Assembly: GCA_965197475.1 (NCBI GenBank)
Contig: CBDANF010000002.1
Span: 96,001 to 160,000, forward strand
Direction of reading: 5' to 3'
DNA length: 64,000 nucleotides
From: Candidatus Poribacteria bacterium
Lineage (GTDB): Bacteria > Poribacteria > WGA-4E > WGA-3G
Positions 1 to 9,735 of this stretch are shown here, one piece after another. The translations under genes and the position numbers were made by a program. The notes under the pieces are model-generated. The model did no database searches. It saw only the letters and a list, made by a program, of their open reading frames with translations, and had not been told where the DNA came from. Each line of letters starts with the position of its first letter. The stretch's first letter is position 1.

Positions 1-447
1 GATAGATTTTTTGACACCATGCAATTCAAAATCACCTGTAACTTCCAGCATATTCTCTTGTTCTGCCTTAGCACTCACCTTTGTGCTTTTGAACGTAATA
101 ACAGGAAACTGCTTGGCATTGAAAAAGTCGAGGCTTCTGAGGTGTTGGTCGCGTTTTGCATTAGCAGTATCAATGCTTGAAGTTTTCACTTCAAATTCAA
201 CTTTACTTTTTGATACATCAGTTTCATCCATTGTAATATTACCTGAGAATTCGTTGAACCGTCCGTAATTATAAGTGACTCCCAAATGTTTTGCGCGGAA
301 AAGGACGGATGAATGTGCGGCATCAATTTGATATGTCTTTGCAGCATCCTGTGATTCAGTTCTTTGTGTAAAAGTAATGATGAGTAGGGATAATACAAAG
401 ATTCCAATGAATGATACTGGTAAGTTTCGCTTAAACCATGTTGTCAT
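1..447 (-). CDS. YceI family lipid/polyisoprenoid-binding protein (3' end outside window)
   Basis: Not in the ORF track. Manual translation from ATG 447 (GGAGG RBS): MTTWFKRN..signal..YQIDAAHSSVLFRAKHLGV..GRFNEFSG..SIDTANAKRDQHLRSLDFFNAKQFPVITFKS. Confidence 0.9.
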   Translation of the reverse strand, partial: MTTWFKRNLPVSFIGIFVLSLLIITFTQRTESQDAAKTYQIDAAHSSVLFRAKHLGVTYNYGRFNEFSGNITMDETDVSKSKVEFEVKTSSIDTANAKRDQHLRSLDFFNAKQFPVITFKSTKVSAKAEQENMLEVTGDFELHGVKKSI

Positions 448-2003
448 CAAAAAATTTCCTCCATAATAATAGCGGTTTCACTTCAAAATGTTTTCCGTTT
501 ATATAAATGCAGTATACCCTATTTATCAATGCGTGTCAACGAAAAACACTATCTCCTTTTTTCGTTGGGCGGGGCCCTGTGCCCGCCGAGATCTTACGCG
601 GATTAGGCTTTGATTTGACCAAAGGCCATACGCGGATTAAGTGTTGATTAGCGGACGAGTGGTGTATAGTCCCATTCAACGCAAACTTTAGAAATGTCTA
701 AACACCAAAATTAGTTGACATTCATTTAACGGGAATGTTATCATTAACCACAAAAGAACCGCATAGTGGAGGAAAAAGTGATGCAAGAACTGAACTTGGA
801 AGTTGTTGATGCTTCTTATAACTACGGCTTCATCCATGGTAATACAGGTGATGGTGCTGGAGTTTATAACAATCGCGGTATCGCTTACAGCGAAAAAGAT
901 GAGCAGGATCAGGCAATTGCATCCTTTAACAAAGCGATACAACTGGACGCGGATCTTGTTGAAGCCTATAACAATCGTGGTATCGCTTATGCTACCTCAG
1001 GTGAGATTGACACTGCCATTGAAGACTTTAGTACTGCAATTAAGCTCAATCCTTATTATGCACAGACTTATAGCAACCGCGGGCTTGCCTACTTCAGCAA
1101 AGGTAATGTTGACCGAGCAATGGAGGACTGTAATAAAGCGATAGAGTTGGACCCAGATTATGTCCTTGCCTATAATAATCGCGGGCTTGTCTACCTCAGC
1201 GAAGATAAGATTGACCACGCTATTAAGGATTATAATAAAGCGATAGAATTGGAACCTGATTATGCACAAGCCTATAATAATCGCGGAGCTGTCTACTTCA
1301 GCAAAGGTGAGTTAGATATCGCCATTAAAGACTACAATAAAGCAATAGAATTGAAACCTGATTATGCCACCGCTTATAATAACCTTACCTTTGCCTACTT
1401 CAGCAAAGGTAAGGTTAACCGTGCCATTAAAGACTACGATAAAGCGATAGAATTGGAACCTGATTATGCCACCGCTTATAATAACCGTGGACTTGCCTAC
1501 TTCAGCAAAGACATGGTTGACAGAGCTATTGCAGACTATAGCAAAGCCACAGAACTTAAACCTGATTATGTTCTTGCATACAACAACCGTGGAGCAGCTC
1601 ACTTCAGTAGCGGTAATATTGACGAAGCCATTGAAGACCATAATAAAGCGATAGAACTCAAACCCGATTATGCCAGTGCCTATAACAATCTCGGAAATGC
1701 TTACTTCAGTAAAGGTGAGGTGAACAAAGCAATCCAAGATTACAACAAAGCAATTACATTGGATCCTGTTGATGCCATTTACTATAACAATCGCGGAGGT
1801 CTTTACATCGAAATAGGCAAGTTAAAAAAGCCTTCAAAGACTGTAATAAAGCGATAGAACTTCAACCTAATTATGCCGAAGCCTATTACAATTGTGCTAA
1901 AGTTCATAGTGCTAAAGGTCAAATTGATCTTGCTCTGGAAAACTACAACAAGGCGATAGAACTCAAACCCGATTATGCTACTGCATATAACAATCGTGGT
2001 TTA

Positions 2004-2910
2004 TAGTAAAACCTGTAATTACTTATACACTTTTATAATATCATCAATAGAGGTCTCAGCGTTGTATTGACGTATTCGCTTGATGTTAGCGAAATCTTTC
2101 TCAATCGGATTCAACTCCGGTGAATACGGCGGTAAAAACAACAAACTCGCACCGCATTCCCGGATCAATGCTTCTGTTTGTGAACCTTTGTGGAAAGAGG
2201 CATTATCCATAATCACAACGTGGCTGTCGTCAAGCAAAGGACATAACATCTCCGAAAGCCATGCGTTGAAGGCAACCGCATCGCAACTACCTTCGAAAAG
2301 CACAGGCACTGTGAAACATCCATCAAGACGTGCCGCAATCAAGGTTGTGGTGGTATACCGATGACTTGGCACTTTATCTTCAACACGGACACCTTTCGGG
2401 CATAAGCATACCGACGGAAATCGGTTTCGGTGAAACCACTTTCGTCAAGATAAACCGGTTTTTTGCCATGCTCGTGTGTCTCTTGTTGAAGTGCCGAGAG
2501 ATACTCTTGGCGTTTTACCGGACACTGTTCTTTGTAGGTCGTGGTCTTTTTTTTCGCGTGATATTGAGTTTTGCCAAGGCATAAAAGATGCCGTTTGTTG
2601 AAACACCGAAGTGTTTGGCACGTTCGGCGAGTGTGCTATCGGGAAAATCGGCAACATGTTGTTGAAGCGCATCATAATCAATGTGTCGGGGCCCTTTGGT
2701 ATCCGGCTTCTCATAGGCAAAGGGGTTTTCTGCTTCTAACCAGTTATAGATCGTCCTTCTTGAGACACCGAAGGTGCGTTCTGCGGCGGCTTTACTGCCA
2801 CCATTATTGATGAAATCAAGCACGCGTTTGCGTCCATCTGTTGAATATGCCATAATCATAAAGGCTAACATAAATCACAGAAAATGTAAACTTATTTTCA
2901 GGATCTACTA
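2004..2910 (-). mobile_element. IS630-family insertion sequence
   Basis: TA duplication at 2002-2003 and 2911-2912; imperfect terminal inverted repeats TAGTAAAACCTGTAAT / TAGTAGATCCTGAAAA; removing the element restores the TPR frame. Confidence 0.92.
2019..2853 (-). pseudogene. IS630 transposase split over frames (A8 slippery site 2547-2554 plus a second frameshift near 2395)
   Basis: N-terminal HTH MAYSTDGRKRVL..; DDE motifs VYLDESGF, VIMDNASFH, LPPYSPELNPIE. Confidence 0.88.
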
Positions 2911-3002
2911 TAATATACGAAAATAAAGGCGAGATTGACAGTGCTATAAAAGATTACGCAATGAGTAGTTTTGGACTTGAAATTTTTTCTCAAATTTTTC
3001 AC

Positions 3003-3032
3003 TTGACACTCAAATTCTTTCCATGTTATACT
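3003..3032 (+). promoter_or_regulatory. sigma70-type promoter for the passenger region
   Basis: TTGACA-18-TATACT with a TG extension. Confidence 0.6.
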
Positions 3033-3040
3033 ATTCTCAA

Positions 3041-3117
3041 GTTCGTTGGGCAGGATTTCTATCGCAACACTCCTTGTGTTGTGTCCTGCCCTCACCCATA
3101 GAAAGGTGTAAACGAAC
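3041..3117 (+). ncRNA. candidate structured RNA (three-way junction) right after the promoter
   Basis: Nested stems GTTCGTT/AACGAAC, GGGCAGGA/TCCTGCCC, GCAACAC/GTGTTGT, CACC/GGTG. Confidence 0.4.
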
Positions 3118-3224
3118 CTACGAACGATACCCGTTTAACGTATCAATTTTATATGCTTGAACAGTGCATAACGCACTGGAAATACGCTATGCACCAATTT
3201 ATCTCAAGCAAAGTGAGGTATACT

Positions 3225-3356
3225 ATGGCTAAAAAAGCCACTGGCACGCGTGTACGCGATGCCAAAGATGGACGGTTCCTTCCCAAAGGCACGGACAAAC
3301 GCCGTCCCGCCACAACGGTGAAAGAAACTGTCAAACCTCACAAGCGGTGTAAATAA
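3225..3356 (+). CDS. small basic hypothetical protein (43 aa, RDAKDGRF motif)
   Basis: GAGG RBS, MAKKATGTRVRDAKDGRF.., followed by a hairpin. Confidence 0.7.
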   Translation: MAKKATGTRVRDAKDGRFLPKGTDKRRPATTVKETVKPHKRCK

Positions 3357-3369
3357 TCCGCTTGCAAAC

Positions 3370-3396
3370 ATGTAGGGGGTCTTTTGATCCCCTACA
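3370..3396 (+). terminator. intergenic hairpin (terminator or processing site)
   Basis: ATGTAGGGGGTC-TTTT-GATCCCCTACAT; a similar G/C-run hairpin lies at 3828-3846. Confidence 0.5.
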
Positions 3397-3426
3397 TACA
3401 CATTTTACCTCACAAAAGGAACATTG

Positions 3427-3813
3427 ATGAAAACTTTGTCGTTTATAATGGTTGTGATGTTATTCACTACGCCATATCTCACACTTGCACAACAAACAAG
3501 TGATGCTGCGCAAGCAATATTTGATGCACGACGTGATGCAACACTTGCAAACACTCAAATATGGGGAACTGTTGGTTGTCTACTTGGTGTTACCGGTATG
3601 TTAATTGCGTATGTTGTCACACCAACGGTACTACCAGAAAAATTGCTTGGAAAATCACCAGAATATGTTGCTTATTACACAAGCATTTATCAAAAACTTG
3701 TGAAAAACGACCAAATAACACATGCTACAATAGGATGTGTTATTGGAACTGGCACTATGGTGGGACTTTGGATAATTTTAATTTCAGCTGCTGATTCTCC
3801 ATACGGGTATTAG
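3427..3813 (+). CDS. hypothetical membrane protein with signal peptide
   Basis: AAAGGA RBS, signal peptide, two glycine-rich hydrophobic segments. Confidence 0.75.
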   Translation: MKTLSFIMVVMLFTTPYLTLAQQTSDAAQAIFDARRDATLANTQIWGTVGCLLGVTGMLIAYVVTPTVLPEKLLGKSPEYVAYYTSIYQKLVKNDQITHATIGCVIGTGTMVGLWIILISAADSPYGY

Positions 3814-3869
3814 CAATTCCAACCAACGAGGGGACTCTGTCCCCTCTAACCCCAAAGGAGACTAAACCC

Positions 3870-4142
3870 ATGTGGGTAATATTCAAGCCGCCTTCCGATC
3901 CTGTTGATTTTTCACTTTTAGCCTTACATACAGAGAGTTTTGTAGAACTCGCCCTTGTAAAACTTGATACAAATTTTCGCGTAGTGATTCAGAAACCTTT
4001 TGACACGGACAATGAGAGGTTGGAATTTGCTCTTGACATGATCGATGCTCTGAAAGATGGAAAGCCAACTTTTGAACTTCCACAGCATTTTCCCTCAAAT
4101 CCTGATGACAAAAAGAACAAGATTGATAAGGCATACCTTTAG
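3870..4142 (+). CDS. hypothetical protein
   Basis: AAGGAG RBS, 90-aa ORF, convergent with the transposase. Confidence 0.6.
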   Translation: MWVIFKPPSDPVDFSLLALHTESFVELALVKLDTNFRVVIQKPFDTDNERLEFALDMIDALKDGKPTFELPQHFPSNPDDKKNKIDKAYL

Positions 4143-4151
4143 TTGTGTCCA

Positions 4152-5033
4152 TCATCGCATACTTTCATTAACAAACTTATCAAAGATACTGTCAATGCTC
4201 CTATAGTTGTATTTATAGCACGCCTCTGCTACATACAGGGGCGTATATTTAGTCCAGTAGTGGTGATGACTTCCATACCAAGCTCGTTTGAGTAGACTCC
4301 AAAACCCCTCAATTGTGTTTGTGTGGACATCACCCTCAACAAATTGCGTTTGATGATCTATGATATGGTGTTTCATCTCCTTGCCGATAGCGAGATACGC
4401 CTTATACTCATCGGTCATCAACTCCGAATCCTCAACTTTGACGACTCTTCGGATAAAGTCTAAAATAGTCCGTCCTGTCAAATCTTTAGCGAGTTGTGCT
4501 ACAACTTTCCCGCCCCGCTGTACTGCCCCGATAATAGCGTCTTTCTCTGTTCCACGTCCACGCTTGGCAGGCACGTGGTCTTCCTTCTTATTAGGCTTAC
4601 GAGGTTTACCCCCGATGTAAGTTTCATCTGCCTCTATGATGCCTTGTAGTAGCACGTTACCTTTCTTTGCCATTTCAGCACGGATACGAGTCATGATATA
4701 CCATGCTGTCTTTTGATTCAAGTCTAAATCGCGCGCAAGTTGATGACTTGACAAACTTTTCTTCGCATTCGTTATCAACGAAATAGCCAAAAACCACTTC
4801 TGTAACGCTATCTTTGTCCCGTGAAACACCGACCTGCACGTCACCTTGAAACTCACTTGGCACTCGTGGCAGTTCCAACGACCGATACGACCGATTTCTG
4901 TTTCTGTCCGTTCTCCTATATGATCGCTTTCACAATGCGGACACACAGGTTTACCTCGCCACCGAATCTTCTCTAAATGCGAAATACAACTCTCTTGATC
5001 GGGAAAACGCTCCATCACCTTCAACAAATCCAT
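4152..5033 (-). CDS. IS1595-family (ISXO2-like) DDE transposase
   Basis: Zn ribbon CPHC..CHEC, HTH, IEADETYIGG, LMTDEYKAY, HTNTIEGFWSLLKR; start placed at MDLLKV after an AAGGAG RBS. Confidence 0.95.
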   Translation of the reverse strand: MDLLKVMERFPDQESCISHLEKIRWRGKPVCPHCESDHIGERTETEIGRIGRWNCHECQVSFKVTCRSVFHGTKIALQKWFLAISLITNAKKSLSSHQLARDLDLNQKTAWYIMTRIRAEMAKKGNVLLQGIIEADETYIGGKPRKPNKKEDHVPAKRGRGTEKDAIIGAVQRGGKVVAQLAKDLTGRTILDFIRRVVKVEDSELMTDEYKAYLAIGKEMKHHIIDHQTQFVEGDVHTNTIEGFWSLLKRAWYGSHHHYWTKYTPLYVAEACYKYNYRSIDSIFDKFVNESMR

Positions 5034-5240
5034 CAGATAACTCCTTGAAATAGGAGTTGCTTTTTCTGACGGATTTCTGATATAATACCAGATAAGATTA
5101 GAACCGTCAAAAAGCAACTCGCTTTTTGTGTTCATTTAGGGGGCTACCAACCCCCTATTTTCTTATCTATATTATACCATATAAACCCAGTGGACACAAG
5201 GCTTTATAGCGATTTTTTAAAATTTTTCTCAAGTCCAAAA

Positions 5241-5732
5241 CTACTCATTGCGTTTATTTTTGACTATTCTGTTAAAACTTTTTTTAGGTGCTACACGTCC
5301 AGTTGAAAATCTCCATCCCATCCATATATAGCCTTGTGGATGTAAGAGTATTTCAAAAAACTCGTCTATATCGGGACCTTTTGCTGCTATAAGTTGCCAT
5401 TCGCCGGGACCTTTAATCAACGTAGGACGGATCCAAGCACAAACGGTGATTCCATCGGTAAATTCAAATCGATGGGAATGAACAACGCGAACAATTCCGT
5501 TCTTTCCACCAAAATTGAGACCCTTACCAAATTTGCCGTCGGTCCAGTCTGTGTCTCCTTCTAATTTCCCTTCCTGTCCGTTTCCAGACTGATCCGTGAC
5601 GGTATCACCTGCGCCATCCTCAAAGGCGAAATACACAACTAACCGTTCTTCTAATTCTTCTGCTATGCAGAGAATTTGAAAAACTCCTGTTAGGCATACC
5701 GTTATACATAAAAGGACTATAAGGCTGCGCAT
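5241..5732 (-). pseudogene. LamG/concanavalin A-like secreted protein, 3'-truncated by the IS end
   Basis: Signal peptide, LVVYFAFEDG..DQSGNG..GKFGKGLNF..ITVCAWI; the stop codon lies inside the IS inverted repeat. Confidence 0.8.
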
Positions 5733-5920
5733 GAGTTCACCTGTTTTTTAATTCAGTTATCTGAAATTATAACATTTTCAGCGCGAATTATCTAATTGAT
5801 GCTTTCTCTGTGAAATCCAAAAATCATTTAAAAACAGATTAACACTTGAAGAAAAAAATGTGCAAAACCGTGTAGTGAGGCAATGTTAACAACACCCCCT
5901 CTACAAATCTGAGAATCACT

Positions 5921-6643
5921 CTAAGCAAATGGAAAGGTGCCTTGGTAGCCGCGCGGACGTGAGACGTGCCAAACACCATCATACATCGGCGTAACCTGAT
6001 AATGGCAGACGACATTGCTCCGCTCCATATCATCACGTTCTTTTGCGCCTTGGTGTGGAATATGGTTGATGAAAAGGACACAATCGCCTGCTTTCGGATA
6101 TAGGATGACGTGTTCTTGTGATTCGCACCATTCCTCAAATTTTGGGCGATCTAACGGGTATAGATGCTGTGGTTCATTCAGATGACCACCTTTGACAAAC
6201 TTCAAGTGTCCTTCGCCTGGACCGTTGTCCTGAAAATAGTAGGTGGTATTGATACCAGCAGGTGCCATAGCAAACGGATGTTCTTCAACATACCGCTTTT
6301 CGTGCCAATAGCCGTAAAAATCCATGTGCCATTCCTGCAGGTATGGACCTGGATTGATATGTGCACGTAGACTACGAAGTTGACACTGCTTACCCATTAA
6401 TCCCTCAAGATAAGGACGGACGCTAGGGTGTCCTACAAGTGGTGCGTAGGTATCCGGTTCACGATCAAGCAGGGAATCAAACCACATATTGCCGACTGCG
6501 TTCAAGCCCTCTTCCCAACCCTGTTCGCGTGCATAGTTAACCCGCTGGCGGATATGTTCGGTTTCTTCAGGTACCAACGCCCCTTCTAATAAAATGAAAC
6601 CTTCTTGTAGCAGTTGGTCAATCTTGGCTTTATTATCTTCCAT
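5921..6643 (-). CDS. phytanoyl-CoA dioxygenase (PhyH) family protein
   Basis: WHMD HxD motif, KAGDCVLF..IPHQG. Confidence 0.85.
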   Translation of the reverse strand: MEDNKAKIDQLLQEGFILLEGALVPEETEHIRQRVNYAREQGWEEGLNAVGNMWFDSLLDREPDTYAPLVGHPSVRPYLEGLMGKQCQLRSLRAHINPGPYLQEWHMDFYGYWHEKRYVEEHPFAMAPAGINTTYYFQDNGPGEGHLKFVKGGHLNEPQHLYPLDRPKFEEWCESQEHVILYPKAGDCVLFINHIPHQGAKERDDMERSNVVCHYQVTPMYDGVWHVSRPRGYQGTFPFA

Positions 6644-6725
6644 GGTTCATCTCCTTATAAGTTTAAAGTCGTTACCAAAATTCTATATTCTTAACGATAA
6701 GATGTCAACGTTTTCGTAATCCAAC

Positions 6726-7472
6726 TTACGATGTCCTATTAAGTTGGCATAGAATGCTTTCAGTATCGTTTTTGAGTTCTACATTGCCTGCCTGCGTTGC
6801 GAGTTTCAAAGCGGTTTGCAGATCCTCTTTCGCTTCCAAAGTTAGACCGAGTATGCCTTTTGTCACTCTCCGATTATAGTAAGCAGCTGCAAAATCAGGT
6901 TTGAGTTGTATCGCTTTATCAAAGTTTTTTATCGCTAGATCATATTTACTGTGTTGCTTATTTGTCAACCCTTGATTGTAGTAAGAATCTGCAAGACACG
7001 GTCTGAGTCGCATCGCTTCATTAAAGTTCTTCATTGCATCGGCATGTTGATCAAGTTTGCTTTTTGCCAAACCTCTACTGTTATAAGCTTCAGCAAAATC
7101 CTGTTTGTAGTGTATGGCTTTATCAAAATCATCAATCGCCTCATTGTATTGACTGAGCATATATTTTGCGTTCCCCCGATTTTTGTAGGCATCTGCATAA
7201 CCGATAAGTTTGAGTTGAATGGCGGTATCAAAGTTTTTAATCGCCTTATTGTACTGACCGAGCATGTATCTTGCCAAGCCAAGATGGTTGTAAGCTTCAG
7301 CATAACAAGGGGAGAGTTGTATGGCTTTACTATAATTTGAAACAGCGTCTTCATAATCTCCTATATCACATCTTACATTTCCTCGATTAAAGTAAGTTTC
7401 TGCAGAGATATTTTTTTCATCTTGTGCAAGAGTATTGCTCTCATTCTTGTTTTTTATTTGAGAATTAGTCAT
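6726..7472 (-). CDS. TPR repeat protein
   Basis: Repeated AEAYNxRG..AIxxFDxAIQLKP. Confidence 0.9.
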   Translation of the reverse strand: MTNSQIKNKNESNTLAQDEKNISAETYFNRGNVRCDIGDYEDAVSNYSKAIQLSPCYAEAYNHLGLARYMLGQYNKAIKNFDTAIQLKLIGYADAYKNRGNAKYMLSQYNEAIDDFDKAIHYKQDFAEAYNSRGLAKSKLDQHADAMKNFNEAMRLRPCLADSYYNQGLTNKQHSKYDLAIKNFDKAIQLKPDFAAAYYNRRVTKGILGLTLEAKEDLQTALKLATQAGNVELKNDTESILCQLNRTS

Positions 7473-7679
7473 AATACGCTCCTAGATGTCTTTTTTAACA
7501 AAAATCAGTTATTGAGTTAACGTGACAATCCTTTTTAAAGGTCTCATGAGAAACTGAATTCACATTGTTTTTTTATCGTAATGGTTTTAGCGTTTCCCAT
7601 AGGATAGATAGCAGAAAGTGAAGTATTGGTATCCTTACGCTCAACTCAACCTATGCAGTATCTGCTTGTGTAAAGTGCT

Positions 7680-8453
7680 TCAATTTGGTTTTTGAGTTGG
7701 AAAAGACCTGCCTGCAAGCTTCAATGCGGTCTCAAGTTGTATCGCAGTATCAAAGTCCGCAATCGCCGCATCGTATTCACCAAGTCCTCCCTTGGCAATC
7801 CCTCTATTGTGATACGCTTCGGCAAAATCAGGTTTGATTTGTATTACAGTATTAAAATCCGATATAGCAGCATCGTATTGGCCGAGTGATCCTTTTGCTA
7901 CACCCCGATTTAAGTAGGCTATTGCTTTATCAGGTTTGATTTGTATTGCAGTATTGTAGTCTGCAATCGCCGCATCGTATTGACCAAGTTTGCTTTTTGC
8001 CACCCCTCGATTGAAGTATGCGGTTGCTTTATCCGGTTTAATTTGTATTGCGGTATCAAAGTCTGCAATCGCCGCATCGTATTTACCGAGTTGTCCTTTT
8101 GACAAACCCCGACCATAGTAGGCAGCTGCGTAATCAGGCTTAAGTCGTATGGCAATATCAAAGTCCTCTATTGCCGCATCGTATTCACCAAGTTCGCTTT
8201 TTGCTAACCCCCGATTGAGGTAGAACCCTTCCTTAAACCTGATGAGGCGTATAGCGGTATCAAAATCTGCAATCGCCGCATCGTATTCACCGAGTTCTAC
8301 CTTTGCATTTCCTCGATTGTTGTAGGCAAGCGCAAAATTAGGATCAAGGCATATGGCAATATCAAAGTCCTCTATCGCCGCATCGTATTCACCGAGTTCT
8401 ACCTTTTCCACACCTCGTTTGTTGTAGGCATTTGCGTCATCAGGAAGAGACAT
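7680..8453 (-). CDS. TPR repeat protein (last repeat appears internally deleted)
   Basis: Near-identical LGEYDAAIADFDTAIQIKPD repeats; abrupt jump to LETALKLA. Confidence 0.88.
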   Translation of the reverse strand: MSLPDDANAYNKRGVEKVELGEYDAAIEDFDIAICLDPNFALAYNNRGNAKVELGEYDAAIADFDTAIRLIRFKEGFYLNRGLAKSELGEYDAAIEDFDIAIRLKPDYAAAYYGRGLSKGQLGKYDAAIADFDTAIQIKPDKATAYFNRGVAKSKLGQYDAAIADYNTAIQIKPDKAIAYLNRGVAKGSLGQYDAAISDFNTVIQIKPDFAEAYHNRGIAKGGLGEYDAAIADFDTAIQLETALKLAGRSFPTQKPN

Positions 8454-8548
8454 AACTTATTTCCTTGCTTTCCATAACAGATTAATCAGATAGGACAGAC
8501 CAAATAGTCTGTCCTACTTAATTCTCGTTTGTAAGACCTAAGCACTTT

Positions 8549-9271
8549 TCAACTAAGAGGTTCTAACGGCTTGGCATTCCCAAAGACAGGTACTGGCGCA
8601 TCTCCAAGGGCTGCCCAGCGCGAAGCGTTCGCAATAACCTGGCGGACATTCTCATCGTAATAGATCGGATATGTTTCATGACCAGGACGGAAATAGAATA
8701 TCTTTCCTCTGCCGCGATAGTAGCAACAACCACTCCGGAACACTTCACCGCCAGGGAACCAACTGATAAAAACAAGTGTGTCCGGTTCTGGGATGTCAAA
8801 CGGTTCACCATACATCTCTGCGTGTTCAATTTCAAAGGACTCGTCAAGTCCTTCAACAATGGGGTGTCCGTGTTCAATCACCCAGATACGTTCCTTTTCT
8901 GCTGCCTCTCGCCATTTTAGACTACATGACGTTCCCATCAAACGAGTAAACGGCTTAGAATAGTGACCAGAATGTAGGACGATAAGCCCCATTCCCTGCA
9001 GTACACGTGCTTTTACCTTATCAGCAATTGCATCTTCAACTGCACCGTGCGCGGCATGTCCCCACCATATTAACACATCTGTTTTTTCGAGCACTTCATT
9101 AGTTAAACCGTGTTCAGGTTCATCTAACGTTGCAGTCAACGTTTCAATTCCGTGTTCACTTAACCCATCGGCAATAGCGGCATGGATGCCTTTTGGGTAA
9201 ATTCCGCGGATCTTTTCGTTTGTTTTTTCATGTCTAAATTCGTTCCAAACTGTAACTAAAGGTTGTGACAT
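8549..9271 (-). CDS. thuA: trehalose utilization ThuA family protein
   Basis: [52 protein letters not shown]. Confidence 0.9.
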   Translation of the reverse strand: MSQPLVTVWNEFRHEKTNEKIRGIYPKGIHAAIADGLSEHGIETLTATLDEPEHGLTNEVLEKTDVLIWWGHAAHGAVEDAIADKVKARVLQGMGLIVLHSGHYSKPFTRLMGTSCSLKWREAAEKERIWVIEHGHPIVEGLDESFEIEHAEMYGEPFDIPEPDTLVFISWFPGGEVFRSGCCYYRGRGKIFYFRPGHETYPIYYDENVRQVIANASRWAALGDAPVPVFGNAKPLEPLS

Positions 9272-9323
9272 AAGTTTCTCCTTATTATCAGAAATTGTTT
9301 GAAATTACACCGTAAAAAAGAGA

Positions 9324-9586
9324 TCATTCAACAGCAACAACGTATTCAGTCAACACAGATCGTCTTTCTTTGGCACGCTTAGCAGCCTCAACAAATTCGC
9401 GTAATGCAACAATTAATTCATCAGCTGTCTCAGATGTGAATGAGGCTTCACCATCTTCTGGGCAAACCCAAGCGTACACATTTGGTATCTGGACAGAAAT
9501 ACCATCTTCACTATATGAAAATAAGGTTTGCCGCCACTCTTTTTTCTATTGTGTTGCCCACAAATTGGGGGTGGTTTCGGTGTCAT
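9324..9586 (-). pseudogene. YgiT/MqsA-type zinc-finger antitoxin-like gene, frameshifted in an A6 run
   Basis: Manual translation: MTPKPPPICGQHN-[frameshift]-KEWRQTLFSYSEDGISVQIPNVYAWVCPEDGEASF; length 263 nt. Confidence 0.65.
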
Positions 9587-9589
9587 AAG

Positions 9590-9700
9590 TTATTTCCTTC
9601 AACGTTTCAAGCGTGCAAAGGGAGGAAATTGCCATTGATTCTCATCAGGAATGTAAGCAGTCACAAACTCAATGTAAATTGGATTTGTAAATCCACACCA
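9590..9700 (-). pseudogene. remnant of a DUF4258-like toxin C-terminus
   Basis: IEFVTAYIPDENQW motif directly upstream of the YgiT-like gene. Confidence 0.45.
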
Positions 9701-9735
9701 TATTATTCCTACTCTAACTTGCAAGTTTGCCATTC

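Larger units (their letters stand above)
781..2956 (+). pseudogene. TPR repeat protein; frameshifted near 1820, interrupted by IS630 (2004-2910) and truncated by the IS1595-family element at 2957
   Basis: About ten 34-aa AYNNRG..KAIELxPDYA repeats in 781-1857. Repeats continue in a shifted frame to ..AYNNRGL at 2003 and resume after the IS as IYENKGEIDSAIKDY. Confidence 0.9.
2957..5252 (-). mobile_element. IS1595-family element with passenger genes (transporter IS)
   Basis: Perfect 24-bp inverted repeats CGCAATGAGTAGTTTTGGACTTGA at 2957-2980 and 5229-5252 enclose the transposase plus three small genes. Confidence 0.9.

Noticed and set aside
781-2003. 102-bp periodic repeats as a possible DGR or array
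   Set aside because: Explained by TPR coding repeats; no reverse transcriptase and no adenine-specific template/variable pair seen.
2390-2400. Second IS630 frameshift as programmed recoding
   Set aside because: Not a slippery heptamer; like the single-base losses near 1820 and 9540 it may be mutation or homopolymer sequencing error.
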